Shown piece by piece: positions 50,194 through 63,598 of a DNA stretch of 64,000 nt; within the stretch, counting starts at the first letter, position 1; each line of letters begins with the position of its first letter. This DNA is from Zootoca vivipara. Its lineage: Eukaryota. The notes beneath the pieces were generated by a model that searched no databases, was not told the DNA's origin, and saw only the letters and a program-made list of their open reading frames with translations. The stretch covers positions 78,554,001-78,618,000 of the forward strand of contig NC_083277.1 of the NCBI RefSeq assembly GCF_963506605.1. The letters run 5' to 3'. The position numbers were made by a program, and so were the translations under genes.

Positions 50194-51633
50194 CTTATGT
50201 TTAATTTTGAATGGGAAATTTCAGACTCATGCAAATGAATTTCCCCAACATTCCAGATCAGGAAAACTCTGGATATCACCTTAGAGACATCCCCACCCAC
50301 ACTTTGTAATTCAAAAACAGGTGTGAGGCTGGGGACCTCTGTTGTCAGGACTGACATTCAAGGAGGAGGAGGAGGAGGAAAAAGAAGAGAAGCAGACTAC
50401 TACACATGGACTGCAAGAAGGACCTAAGTGATAGTGAACCCAGGTTCAACAACAGCCTTACTGAGGCAGGAATATTCCACGTTCAAGAGAAGGTTTGAGT
50501 TATCAAAATTGCTGATATGCTACTTGGATTGCACATTATGACTGCAACTTTAAAGCTTTCAGTGAAGTCTGCCCTATCAATGCATTATCATTTTGTATCT
50601 ATACATGCAATATTGCAGAGATTTAAAATACTTTACACTGTAGCTAGTAGCAGTGAAACTGTTATCCTTTGCCATGAAAGATATTTTTTCATTTTATATT
50701 TTTCCCTGGACTCAGTGGACTAATACTTTAAATAGTGTGTGATTGCTTAGAGCTTACTTTTTATGAAATATTTTCATGCAGAGATTTTCAACAATATCAT
50801 CTATTGTTTGAAACAACCTGTCTCGTTGCACTAGTTTTCCCAGAGATTCTGCATTGCATGCAAACACATGTGACCTGTCAGCTTTCCCTTTTCACGATAC
50901 CATCTAATGTGGTTGTTTTGTGGCAGGTTGTATACCCTTGAAATCATTCCAGGGCATGTATGATTGACAGATACCAACAAAAATGCTGCTGGGCTCTGCA
51001 GCTGGCCAGCCATCAAACTGGTGTGGCAGTAAACTTGAGACAAAATAAAACATGTCAACCATAGTTCTTTGCAAAGCTATGGACCTGCCCACTCCAGCTT
51101 TTCAGTTCAAATCAGGCAGAGAATCAGGGAGCAAAATTCAAAGCCATTTTGCCCAACTTCTTTGCATATGCAAACCTAACCCTGAGGAGAAATGGTAAAT
51201 AACACTGTCTTGTCTTTTCAAAAAGAACTATGTTATTTTTCTGGCGTGGCTCTGGCTGTGATTAAAGGGTTGATTTATACCCTTTTTGATAGCTATACCC
51301 TCATCTTTGAACACTGCTAAAGCTTGATCCTGTTGAAATCCCAATAAGGGTGGATTTTCACTTTAATCTTTCTTCTTCCTTGTCCCCCAGAAACAGGATC
51401 AAACTGAACCACAGAAAACGAAGGGTGCATAAAAAGGATCAAGAAGCTAACGGAAAGTAAGAAGGGTTTGAAGAATGGGATATGCATTTGAGTAATATTC
51501 AGTCACATACATTATTTTAGAAATAAAAATAGGTAATTTTCTATAATAAAAAGCCAGCCCTAAGAACAATAAGTCATCATAGAGCAGTGTGACCACCTCA
51601 AATTTGTACACAATACATTCAGTTATATTGCTC

Positions 51634-51967
51634 CTGGGTCAGGAAGTCACCAGCACCCAACTCATCAGCATTGTTGACCACATGCTTGAGGTGGTAGATG
51701 ATTTTATCTACCTGGGCTCTGCCATAATCAGCAGCCTCTCAACTAACAATGAGCTGGACAAGTGTATTGGCATACTTGTAGTTTAACATTGAATTATGGT
51801 TGTAATGAAGACTTAATAGATTTGGATTAATAGAGAAGATGCAGGAGGAAAAAGTTAACAGAAGGACCCCCAAAAGGGAGGAGGGATGTCCAGGGGAATA
51901 TCTATGTAATTCTCTTTCTATTTTGGTTGTTGGACAATTGTTTGTAAATTTCAAAATTTGAAAAACT

Positions 51968-52043
<76 letters not shown>

Positions 52044-52791
52044 TACAAGTGTATTGGCAAGGCAGCCACGGCAATGGCTCACCTATAAAAAAGGGTATGG
52101 GAGGTGATATTAATGACCAGAACCAAGATGAAGGCCTAGGCATGTATGCTGAGCATGCTGCTTTATGACAGTGAGATGTGGGCAACTTACACCCGTCAGG
52201 AGCAATGCCTCAATGTCTTCCACAAGCACTGCATCAGGAAGATTTTGGACATCACATGGCAAGGCAGAGTCTCAAAGATGTACCCTCCCAAGCCCACATT
52301 TCTATCATGTCCTCACTCCTCTCAGGACTGTCTACGCTAGCTTGGTCATGTTCACAAAAAGAAAGATGGCAGGATCCCCAAGGATGTGTTATACAGGTAG
52401 ATGGTTTCAGGCACCAGGCCCATTAGCAGACCAAATGTGCATTACAAAAAATGTCAGCATCTAAGAAATGAAGGCTGGCAACATTAAACCTACCATGTGA
52501 GAATCGCTTGCAGATGACTGCAGCACCTGGAGACAATCAGTAAGGTTATGTATCCACAGCAGTAACCAGAGGAGGAATGTCTGCTGGGAGCACACAGAAA
52601 AAGAAACACCATGGTACACCTGCATCATCACAACTAGATACCTTTATATGCCCCGGCTGCAACAAAACATGTCTCTCCTTTATCAGTCTCTACAGCCACA
52701 GCAGAAATTGTAACTCTCTAATGGTTTGACCTCACCCCTGAAGAGGAACTCTTCTATTGTCTTCCAAGACAGACGGATACCAAAAACAATT
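51634..52791 (+). mobile_element. RTE-clade LINE 3' fragment (AviRTE-related), interrupted
   Basis: LEVVDDFIYLGS...ELDKCIGKA, LLYDSEMWATY...LNVFH...IRKILDITWQ, C-terminal FICPGCNKTCLSFISLYSHSRNC. Probable TSD tattgctc. Confidence 0.88.
51773..52044 (+). mobile_element. Retroposed 3'UTR fragment (L1-like) with a (GA)n tail, nested in the RTE
   Basis: Exact 15-bp TSD acaagtgtattggca (51758-51772, 52045-52059). Confidence 0.8.
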
Positions 52792-53828
52792 TATTGCTCT
52801 TGATGACTGCAGGTAAGTCAAATGAGCTATTTATGTTCAAGGCTCCCCTCCTCCCAACATGATTCCACATTGCTAATTACATGATTTTACATAGAATTAA
52901 ATTGTCCCAGAGGCTATTTTCAGAAAACATTATGTTAGTGTGCAACATGGCCATTGTGGAAAGTTACCATTTGGATATGCCCACAAACACAAATTCTCTA
53001 CTCTAGCATAGCACACATTCTACCCTTGCCTTGAAACATACATGACTTCTAAGGAATTTTCTCATTTTCATTAGATTAAAATCTTAAAATTGCAACCATC
53101 ACAGAGTCTTTCTCCAAGTGTTATTTTTACCTATGGCCACACATATGTGAAGCTAGGTAGGATTCATAAGCCATTCCTTTGAAGACCTAAAATCTGCCTT
53201 TACAAAACAGATGCCTATAGGCAAAGATGATTAATACAAGCATGTTATAGATTCCTTTGCATTTTCATAACTCCTTGTAATAAATGCAGAATATTTCCTT
53301 TAAAAAAGGAAAGTTTAAAGGGGAGATAAATCTGCAGTTGAGCAATATCAACTGAAATGGACCAACCAATTTGTGAAAATTGGATACAAGTTATAGCTAT
53401 AAGATCTGCATTTAGACCTAGACTCAAAATGAATATTGCAGACATTGATGGATTGGTCTCTGTTATATGCTGGAGATTGAAATTTACATCTAAAACAAAG
53501 AAGAAATGCCTGATCCCCATTTTTTGAAACATAAAGTCCAGCTGTTAGGGATCTGCCATCAACCTGAAATGATTAGTAAGACAGCAGAAGCAAACAAGCC
53601 AATATTTGGAAAATATTGCATAAGCCCTCAAAAGCAAATTCCCTCTTCAGCTGGTAGGGCTGGGTTTCAACATTGTGATATATCAGCAGTATACTGCAAT
53701 ATACTGATATATCACAATGTCTGGAATTTATCTTGGCTGCTTCTTTCTTCCCCTGGCAATGTTCAAATTGTCTGAAACCAGTATCAAAATCTGAATGCCA
53801 TACTGGTTTCAGACAATTTATCAATATA

Positions 53829-54165
53829 CAGTGGTACCTCGGATTATGAACACAATTGGTTCTGGAAGTCTGTTCATAAACTGAAGCGTTCATAAATTGA
53901 AGCGAACTTTCCCATTGAAAGTAATGGAAAGTGGATTAATCCGTTCCAGATGGGTCCGCGGATTACTCAACCTGAAGCGTACTTAACCCGAAGCATGGGT
54001 ATAATTGGTTCCGGAGGTCTGTTCATAAACTGAAGCGTTCATAAACTGAAGCGAACTTTCCCATTGAAAGTAATGGAAAGTGAATTAATCCGTTCCAGAT
54101 GGGTCCGTGGCGTTCGTAAACCGACAAATCGTAAACTGAGGTGTTCGTAAACCAAGGTTCAACTG
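53829..54165. mobile_element. Tigger-like MITE with internal ~150-bp tandem unit
   Basis: TA|cagtggtacctcgg ... ccaaggttcaactg|TA. Confidence 0.9.
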
Positions 54166-54531
54166 TATCACCAAGCTCTACTGGATGTAGATCATGCTCT
54201 TGAACAGTTAAATTTGCCATTCTTCCAAGGTACATAAAACACAAGAGAAGCTATGTTGGTCCCCTAATAAAAATGCCAACACCCACAGTTGGGCAATACC
54301 TTCATTTGGAGTAACAAAAAGAGTTACTCCACAAAAGTCTACAAGAGTTACTGTCACAAAAGAGTAGGTAAGCTCACTAGGAGAAGAGGAGCCAAGCCAT
54401 CTCAAGCTGTTTTACTGAGCGCAAGGAATAAGGAGGCACATAGGACAAGTTTTCTAGAAACATGGAAGTTGTTATGAAGTCACCAATTTTCTGGTTCTGT
54501 AAAGGTGAGCTGGTTTGGTGTCTTCAGAACA

Positions 54532-54572
54532 GGAAGGAAGGAAGGAAGGAAGGAAGGAAGGAAGGAAGGAAG
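54532..54572. repeat. (GGAA)n microsatellite
   Basis: Direct inspection. Confidence 0.95.
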
Positions 54573-55776
54573 GGTGTGTGCCAACTGTTCCAACAAAATC
54601 ATTGAGTGTTGCCACCACAAGCAATTTTAACAATATCTGATAGGGCTGAAACTATTCCTTTACCTTAAGTAAATTCCGGATACGATTACGGTAAGTTCTA
54701 GAGCTGTAAGACACAATCTGAGTTGGACCCAGGAGCAGATGACAGCTGACACACGCGGCATCCAGTGAAATATTTACAATTTACATTGAAAAAGCAAGCC
54801 TGAACCTGCAGCACAGCTATCCTGGGCTTAAAAGGCTAGATATCACAAAATATATTATTTACACAGTAGGAATACAATATATATGCTTCATGAAGTGCAG
54901 GTGAAGCTCTATGCGCTCACAGTATACACTGAAACATGAAGTCTCAGTGCTATTTTTCTAGAAAAAGAGGCTCTGGAACTCAACATGAACAACCTCCCTT
55001 GTTCTCTTATAATGGCAATGGCACCCACCTGAGAGGTGCTGCAACTGTTCCAGGGAGTTCTGGTTGGAAAAAAAGCCCTGCCTCTACCAGTTCAGTTAGC
55101 TGTACCACCACAGAAATGACTTTTTTTTTTCATACCAGTGCCAGATTGTTAAATGCCCTCAGTATAAAGAGGACAGACTTAGCTTCTTTAATTTCAAAGT
55201 GATTGCCATTTGAGCCATTATTCTTCTTTACACCAGATATTTTCTCTGCAGCATGTTGTAAGTGCATTAAGAAACATAGGTGCTAATACTTCAATCTATA
55301 TGCAGTTTTCTTTCACGAAAATTCCTGACAGATTTCAAAAGGGGTGTTACAGCCAAGAAATGAAGAACCAAGCCTACGGGGTTTGGCTTCACTTTGGGAT
55401 GAACTGTGGCTCGCAACATTATGAGGCTGCCAAATAAGCAAACCGCAAGACTGCTACCCCTCTAAGTGACCCCCCAACCTTGTAAATTGTAAGACTGTGA
55501 GAAAAATGTATCTTGTGATTGGAGCAGGGGGGACAGCTAGATAACTTATTGACCCTGGTGATGTTGCCATTGCGTATGTATGCACTGAGCACTGTGCAAA
55601 TGATATCTTGGGTGAGCCAGATTAGCACTGAGTATTTGATTTTCCTAAGATGTATGATCTTTACACATCTTTTGCTCACACAACATATCATGGTTCTGAG
55701 CATATGCCCAATCATAGGTTCTGTGATTGGTTTCATAGATTATGTGATTCTGAGGGTTCCTGGCACTGGGTAATCA

Positions 55777-56921
55777 GGACAGACTGGAAATTCTGCTGGT
55801 TTACAGCCCGAGTCTGATCTCAGAAGCAGTGTTGAGAACTCCCAAACTGCTGGTTCTGGGAGACTTCAACATTCATACTGAGGTGGTTGGCTCTGGGGTG
55901 GCCCAAGACTTTATGGCTGCCATGAGAACCATGGGGCTGTCCCAACATGTCACTGGTCCAATGCATATCCCGGGTCAGACTCTGGGTCTTGTATGGGTGG
56001 GATGGGAAGGGACTGGATAGGAAGAGGGTGATCTGAAGGTGGGGGATATAGAACATCTATCCCTTGTCATGGTCAGATCACTTCCCATTGTGCTTTAGAT
56101 TTTCAGTACCCTGTCCCCTCTGCAGAGGTGGAGGACCTATTGGGATGGTCCGCCCTGAGAGGCTGATGGATCCAATAGACTTCCAGAAGACTCTGGATTT
56201 TTTTCTGACTGATATGACTTGCCCTCCTGTCGAGACCCTGGTCGATCTGTATCCGGATGGCTTGGCCATCAACACAATTGCTCCTGAGTGCCCTCTCCCG
56301 CTTCGTGGAGCCCAATTGGTTCTGTGGTATATGCCCAAGCTTAGGGCAAAGAAGCAAGCTGGGAGACGGCTTGAACACAAGTGGAGGAAAGCTCCAGATA
56401 AATACAACCAAACCCTGGTGAGTGCACATTTTGGAGCTCACTCAGTGGCAGTGAAGGCAACAAAGGCAGCATACTTTAAGCTTCAATTGCATCCTCACTA
56501 TGTCACCCAGCAGAGCTTTTCTGGGTAGTGAAGAGTGACGTGAAGTGCCTTCTGCCAGCTTTGGCTGGTGGCTCAGCTATGCGCTATCTGGACAGGGATG
56601 GCCTAACTTCTGTGGTCTACATTCTGATAACCTCTAAGTTGGATTACTGGAATGTGTTATGTGTAGGGCTGCCTCTCAAGTCGGTTTGGAAACCTCAGCT
56701 GGTGCAAAATGCAATAGGCAGGCTGCTCACTAGAGCAAGACTGTTTGAGCATATAACATCAATCCTGGCACAATTGCACTGACTGCTGATTAGTTTCTGG
56801 GCCCATTTCAAAGTGCTGCTGTTGGCCTATAAAGCCTTATATTGCTCAGGACTTCAATACTGTTTTGTAATGTGCTTCTAATGTTGTACACTGCTCTGAG
56901 ATCTTTTGATAAAGGGTGGTA

Positions 56922-56967
<46 letters not shown>
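55777..56967 (+). mobile_element. Internally deleted L2 LINE (endonuclease joined to C-terminus) with (ATT)n tail
   Basis: LLVLGDFNIH and SWSDHF endonuclease motifs, then LITSKLDYWN...LPLK...QLVQNA...EHITSILAQLH. The RT core is missing. Confidence 0.85.
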
Positions 56968-57659
56968 TTATTAACAGGTTCTCTTAAACAATACCAAAAT
57001 ATATACATTTTTAAACGCAAGCCTTGGAATCATAGGGAGTGTGGTTATGGGTGGGTGGAGAGGCATTGTAGAAGCATATATGATAAAGACAAGAGAGGGA
57101 ACAAGAAGGTTGCTGATTGAGTAAATGTAAATAAGAATGCAGCAGGCATGTAACAAAATACTTTAAACACATCCTTTGTAAGGCACCCTTATATATGACG
57201 TAGCTGTCACAAACAGTGTCGAATGCTGTAATTGAAAAGATATCTGAACAATTATCAGGCAGACACTGTAACATTACTCTTGGCAGAATGAAAGCACTGA
57301 TACTGCACATCAAGCTGGTGCAGTGAAAAATAAGATAGGATTACACATAATATTGTCCCAATATTTTTAGTCTTCTTTTTCACTGAAAGTAATATATTGC
57401 AGATGCACTAGCATTAACACATTTGTCTCCATTTCCTGACAATTCTAAAGCAAATGGCTTTTAGGATGGAGATGTGATGAAACCAGGAAAGAGCACATTT
57501 TAGAGACTACATATGATGTAACACTTTGCTTTTGGGTTTAAAAAATAGTGTGGCTTTTGTCACATGTACAGATATGCTATACTTGAATCCCACACTTACC
57601 CCACATAGAAATATCAGTGAAAGGTATAACTCTATGATTCTATGTGAACAGTATTGGTT

Positions 57660-58390
57660 GTCAGTTGGCAGAATGGGAAATTTCAGGCTCACAGAGGTCT
57701 ATAGCAGACACCCATAATAAGGTTACTGTTATTTCCCCCTCCTACAATTTTTACCCATATACTTGTCATCTGCCTGCCACACTCTAAGTCATGATTCTTT
57801 TCACTAGTGTATACATCATTTACATAGAATGCTACTCCTGCACCCTTCCCATTCCTATTTCTTTTGAGCATGTTATATCCCTCAATTTCTACATTCCATC
57901 TATGAGTTTCATCCCACTAGGTTTCAGTAATGCCTATTACGTCTTATTTGCCATCCTGCATTAAGAGCCCTGCCCCATAAACTAACAAGTCCTGAACATT
58001 ATAACCTTTTCCTATAGGGAATTGCTACATCCTCCCACCCTACATAGATCGTTTTGGTTGACCTATTCTGGATCTTTTCTACCTCTACAATATCCTTTCT
58101 GAGGTGTGATCACCAGAACTGTACACAGCATTCAATGCAAGGTCACACCAAAGGTTTTCACAAAAGTATTAGCATATTGGAAGTTTTCAATCCTTTTCCT
58201 AATGATCCCTAACAATGGAATTCATCCTTTCCACAGGTGCTGCACATTGGGTTTGTGTATCACTGAACTATCCACCACAACCGCAATATATTTTTCCTGG
58301 TCTGCACCACCAGTATAGACCCCAACTGTGCATGTATATGTGAAGTTTATGGCTTCATTTTATTGTCTCAGTGTGGATCACTTTATGCTC
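57660..58390 (-). mobile_element. Degenerate CR1 fragments (endonuclease piece 57660-57965; 3' piece 57970-58390)
   Basis: KGAGVAFYV...SIWVKI...MGVCYRP endonuclease motifs; gtgatcaccagaactgtacacagcattc is typical reverse-strand CR1. Confidence 0.75.
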
Positions 58391-60887
58391 GCAGCTCTAT
58401 TGTTCAGTTTTGTAATGTCTCTGGACAAAGAAGTCAAAACTTAATGCTGGTAATCAAAAATGAGTAATATGAAGAGAAAGCAATTGTCTGATCACAGCAA
58501 GTCAACTTTAACTTTTGTAATTAATGCATGTTGTACTGTTAATTAAATTGTATCACATCAAATTTAATTCCCTTGCATGAAAATTGGTGCCTCACTATGG
58601 ACAATTCAGAGAAAATGGTCTTGGCCTACTGCTCAGTATTATCTAAAGCTTTCACTGTGCTTGGCAAGACTTGCAGGAATTAAACAAAAAACAAAAAACA
58701 TTTTCAGATGTTGTGTCACTTACATGAGCATTATCCTTACACAGTGCATTGGAAAATTCTGAAGAAAAAAACAAAGCAAAATTCCAGCAATATCTAAGAC
58801 TTTAGAGACAAAATTCACAAGAAGCAGTTTGCAAAGAAGTCTCAGTTCATACCAGGCAACATATTTACAGAAGGTTGGCTTAAAATATATTTGCATCTCT
58901 GGCATGGTAAAACATTAATGGTAGGTAATAATAATTTCTTCGGTCTTTCATACCTTCTTAAACTCATAGAAATGGAGATCAATTAACTGAAATCAAGGAA
59001 GCAGTTGCTCAGAGATGTAGCACAACATAATGTCTACAGTAGGAGTAAAAGAACCCGTCAAGTTCATGTCATTTTTCTCATTGTCCCTCTACAAATAGTT
59101 TAAATAGTTTAACCTTGGGCTACTGACAGACACACACATACAACTTCTGAACTGGGAACTATGGTGACTGGTTTGCAAACAGGGCAAGATCCAGAAGCCA
59201 TATTTAAATATGGCATCCAAATCTGGTTTGTTTGGAACACATTAACCATAGTTCCCACTGCAGATGCAAAAGGAAGCCATGATTAATTGCAGCTTCCTGG
59301 TTTGTTTTGCAAAAAGTAGCAAAAGATTGGTGTATCCACAGTGTATCCATATCCTGGTTTATTAAGTCAGGATTTGATCATCCAAACAGGCCAGTGAATT
59401 AACACATCAGATGTAAAATGACTGTAAATGTATTTTGTAGAATATGGCTTCAGAAATCACTGTACCATTAAATCAAAACCTTGTCTTGTGTATATTGAAG
59501 TGTACCATCCATTTCAGTGACAAATAAGTTCCCCATTAATGTATCCTTTTGATTGCAGACACACTGATTAGAGTACCTATCTCTATTATAAAAATCACAG
59601 TTTCCTTTTGCCTCCTATTTGCTAGCATTAATCACAAACAGCATGGTTCCATGTTTAATTTCAATCACAGCATCTATTTCTCTCAGGGAAAAAATTAGGT
59701 TCTTATTAAAACATTTAACCTCGGTAGTTTGTATTTCTCCTAATAAGGTGAAGGGTTTTTAAAGGAGGGGGGGGGAGAATAATTATACTAAAAAGTTTAC
59801 AGCACATCACTTGTGAATTTTGCATCATGTTATTTTTAATTAATGTAGCAATGCCTGGAGACTCATGGGCTCTCCAATTTAATAAATGAAAGGAAGTAAA
59901 CAAAACAAAACAAATAAAGTGTGGTATCAAAATCTCCCTGGCAGAGGTTCTCTGTGCTACTAAGACTTTAAAAGGATAATCTTAAGAGAATATAATTGTC
60001 TCTCCACCCGCTTACTTTTGCATTATGACATCAAAGCAATTGTTTTCTCTATATTTGCAACATTTGATTGTAAAGTAGGTCTGCAGCGTTTTGAGTTAAA
60101 TAACAACACAAGGACAGGGGCAAAGGCTGAACACAACCTAATGGTTTAAGAGGTGGCAAAGCTTGGAGAAATCTGGTGAATCAGGCACAGAACCTGAAGG
60201 AATCTGGTGAGTGAAGAATACAGCCAAGATGGAATGTTGTTTTGCTTTAACTTTAACAGCAATGGGCTACTCCTCCCCTCCAATTTTGTACCAACAAAGC
60301 CTTCCACCTCCACTTCCTACCTTCCTTTCTTGCTCTAGGAAAGGAGAAGGGAGAAAGTCTTTTGAGTGGGCAGAAGATGACCAGGCAGGAAGACTGCCAC
60401 CTGTGGTCACTAATGCCAGATGCAAGGACTCTCAAATTGCATAGCCTGGGGCAGTTGTCAATATCTGCATCCTTTTCCAGGGATAGCCCTGGCTCCAACT
60501 AGCTTTTAAGAGTTAACCAATCTGTTCAAAAATATATCACACGCTTCCTGTTCTTCCATGTTTTCTAATCTCCATAAACAGATAAAAAAGAGAAAACAAG
60601 CCCAAAGGAAGCAAACTTCAAATGTGGCAATCAGCATTTACAGTTAAAAAAATATTTTATGCCAGTTTCTTTGCAGGCCAAAATGAGAATTTATATGATC
60701 ACCAACAATTATTTTTGACATTTCCATAGAAAGAAGTATATTAAGAATTCAGAGGCCTACATAAAACTTTAGTTAGCAGCTTTTTCATGCTGTTCCTTTC
60801 TAAAGTTTTGGCTTTATGTGTAAAATAAGTACCAGTAATTGGTAACTTTGGTAATGATGGATATATAACAGATAGGTAACGGTAAAA

Positions 60888-61037
60888 GAATATTTTTCTT
60901 TGAATATGGAACCCATGGAGGGAAGGAGGGAGGTCTGAAGGTTTGAAAGAACATTTTATTTTAATATTTTGAAATGGTTAAAGATAAAATGTATAAAATT
61001 ATGTAAAACCTATAAATTTTTAAATAAAAAATAAGTA
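60888..61037 (+). mobile_element. Short retroposed 3'UTR fragment (L1-like) with A-rich tail
   Basis: 10-bp TSD aacggtaaaa. The motif gaaccc...agggaaggagggaggtc resembles the insert at 51773. Confidence 0.65.
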
Positions 61038-62616
61038 AACGGTAAAACTCTGGAACTGCTGAATTGTGAGGATTTCACAGTGACTCTGGCTAACACTCCT
61101 GTGACTATTTAGCTGGGGAAAGACCAGAGGAGGAAGTAAGAATGTTTTATTGGTTAATTGTAAATCCCATTCTTTATATTAGAAGTAATCAATAAAGTAT
61201 TTTCCATTGATCTGATTTCATCCAAGTTCAATAATGTGTTACGTTTAACACAACATTATTATTATTAAACTAAGAGCACCCATTTACACTGCAAAACACA
61301 GCTAAAATAGAAACAGCAAGAAAATATATTTCAGTATTAATTAACTGTACTCTTCAGTCAATTAACTGCAAATTCAATAATTTGTTTAAAGGCATCATAT
61401 GGCATGTACAGCTCATTTTCTTTTTTCGGTTCAATATCAGTCAGCAAAAGATGCTTAAACACACACACATATACACACACTTACATGTCATTATGCTAGT
61501 ATGGGTTAAGTACCCTTTCAGGTCACTGCAAATTCAATCAAAAGCTTATTGCTTTTAGTGCATAAGTGGTCTGCAAAACAATATATTAATATGAGGCTTG
61601 CCCCAAAGAACTTGACTATTTGTGCTTTTGGGTAGATTATTTCCAGGATCCACCCTCTTGTCGACATAGGTATTTTCAAGTGATTTTGACCACCCTTACC
61701 CATGTTGATCACAGCAGGACAAAAGATTCCTTCTACAGTTTCTCTAGAGCTATTCATATAAATCTCATAACACACTGGGAATGGCATGTAACCTTTCTTG
61801 CCACAACAAGGAGAGTAAAACAACATCTAGGGATTAGTAGGAAGTAGGAAATGAGAACTTCTGAATCCTGTGCTGCCTAATGTAAAGAATAACAGTAAAA
61901 ACTCACGGTCAAGCTGAGAGAACTCCTTGCAAACAGAATTAAAACTCTTGGGGGCTTATAATACTGTAAACGCAACCATAACCATTTTTAGTCCTAGACA
62001 AACATCCCAAAGTGACTGTGGCCAAGATCTTCTTGCATTCTTAATAAACCATATTTATGCTATTAAGTGGAAATAATGAGGGAGGCGGGAGGATAATCTT
62101 TTAAATAATAATAGAAAGCAAGATGAAACATTTTCCAGAGACACACTCCAGATGAGCAGCAGATTTAGTTGTTTTGTGGGTCAGACATGCAACAATTTGT
62201 AATCTCTGCTGCATGTGTGATTTTTTAAACCAAAGTTTATTTTATATATAATAATTCAAGAGAAACACAATAAAAAGGACCAACTGAAGAAGAAAAAATA
62301 AAAACTGCATTTCACTTATTAACAAACTTTGTTACAGGGTTACTGTAAGGACCAGTTTCAAAATCTCATCACAGTAAATCCAGATAAGAAGATACATTTC
62401 AAGCTAATAATTCCACAAAGCAGGTTATAATGCTGGGACTATGAAAGGTGTTTTCATTTGCAACATGAACAATAAATACTTGCCATGCAATATTAAAAGT
62501 GTCTTTCTTAAGCTGCCCTCAAGGAAACATAGCTTTGTGACATATTTTCCAGTACTGCCAGACTTTATCATACCAGGCCTTGAGAGAAACACCCTACAAG
62601 TTTTTTGAATAATTCG

Positions 62617-62822
62617 TCTTCTTTCTTCTTCTTTGGCGATCACTTGTATCTGAGTAAGATTGTCTTCCATAAACATGGTTTTAACAATGGGTCCGTAAGT
62701 GACTGTGGAAGCCAATTGTGGATCCACATGTCCTTCCACAGTGGGGACATTGGTTTCCGGGCGGGAGTTGATGACGGTGTGGATTTGCCAAGCGTGCCTT
62801 CCTCTTAGCACGTTTCTCCCTT
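62617..62822 (-). mobile_element. RTE-clade LINE extreme 3' end (third RTE family)
   Basis: Minus translation EKRAKRKARLANPHRHQLPPGNQCPHCGRTCGSTIGFHSHLRTHC*, then a short UTR and (AAG)n tail. Confidence 0.85.
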
Positions 62823-63189
62823 CATTCAGCCAGACATTGGGCTAAAAAGGCCTGCACTTGTCATCCTGGCCATCCCAGATGTTAAGAGGTGCCAGAGTTA
62901 GTATGGCTATGGGCATGTGGTCCTTGTCCGCTGTCTTTAATTTCAGCAAAGATTTTGTTTGGAAAAGAAGCTACTGTGGAACAGTCCCATCAAAGAAGAA
63001 AATGGGTCCTGATCTTATTTCTGCACCACCAGCAGGCAGGGAAACTATTGTAGAGATTGTGGGATCGTCTTACCGCAGTGTTATGCCACTAGCGCCCTGC
63101 CCCCACTTGACTGCTTCAGTTAGTGGAACTGGCACTATTACAAGCGCCACATAATACCCATTCCACATTGGTAAGAACTTAATCTTTTA

Positions 63190-63345
63190 GTGTGGCACCA
63201 CATATACTTTGGAACTCCCTGCCTATTGATATCAAGCAGGCGCCTTCACTGTATTATTTTCGGTAGCTGCTAACAATATTCTTGTTTAGGCAAGCCAATC
63301 CAGCTGCTTAGAAATGCTGGTGTCCCTTTTAATCTGTTTTAGTAT
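63190..63345 (+). mobile_element. L2 3' remnant
   Basis: tggaactccctgcctattgatatcaagcaggcgcc (WNSLP) ... ttgtttaggcaagcc. Confidence 0.6.
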
Positions 63346-63412
63346 TTTAACATTTTGGAGAAAAAGTTCCCAAGCAATCCCCTCTCCTGCCATTATTGAA
63401 ACTGATTGAGCC

Positions 63413-63575
63413 TGCTTTATTTTATTTTATTTTATTTACTGTGTCTATAGCCCATCTTTTTCTCCAAGGAGCTAAAGGTAGCATACATGGGTCTCCCCCT
63501 CCTCATTTAATCCCCACAACAACCCTGTGAGGTAGGTCAGACTGAGAAGCAGTGACCAGCCAAAGGTCACCCAGA
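63413..63575 (-). mobile_element. CORE/MIR-like SINE fragment (Squam3-like)
   Basis: tccccacaacaaccctgtgaggtagg...ccaaaggtcacccag CORE-like motif with a (TTTTA)n tail. Confidence 0.65.
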
Positions 63576-63598
63576 ATGCTGGTCTTTGCCCAAACAAG

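Noticed and set aside
49041-54165. Short recurring aacctgaagc/aactgaagcg units as a CRISPR-like array
   Set aside because: Internal repeats of Tigger-like MITEs in eukaryotic DNA; no unique spacers and no cas genes.
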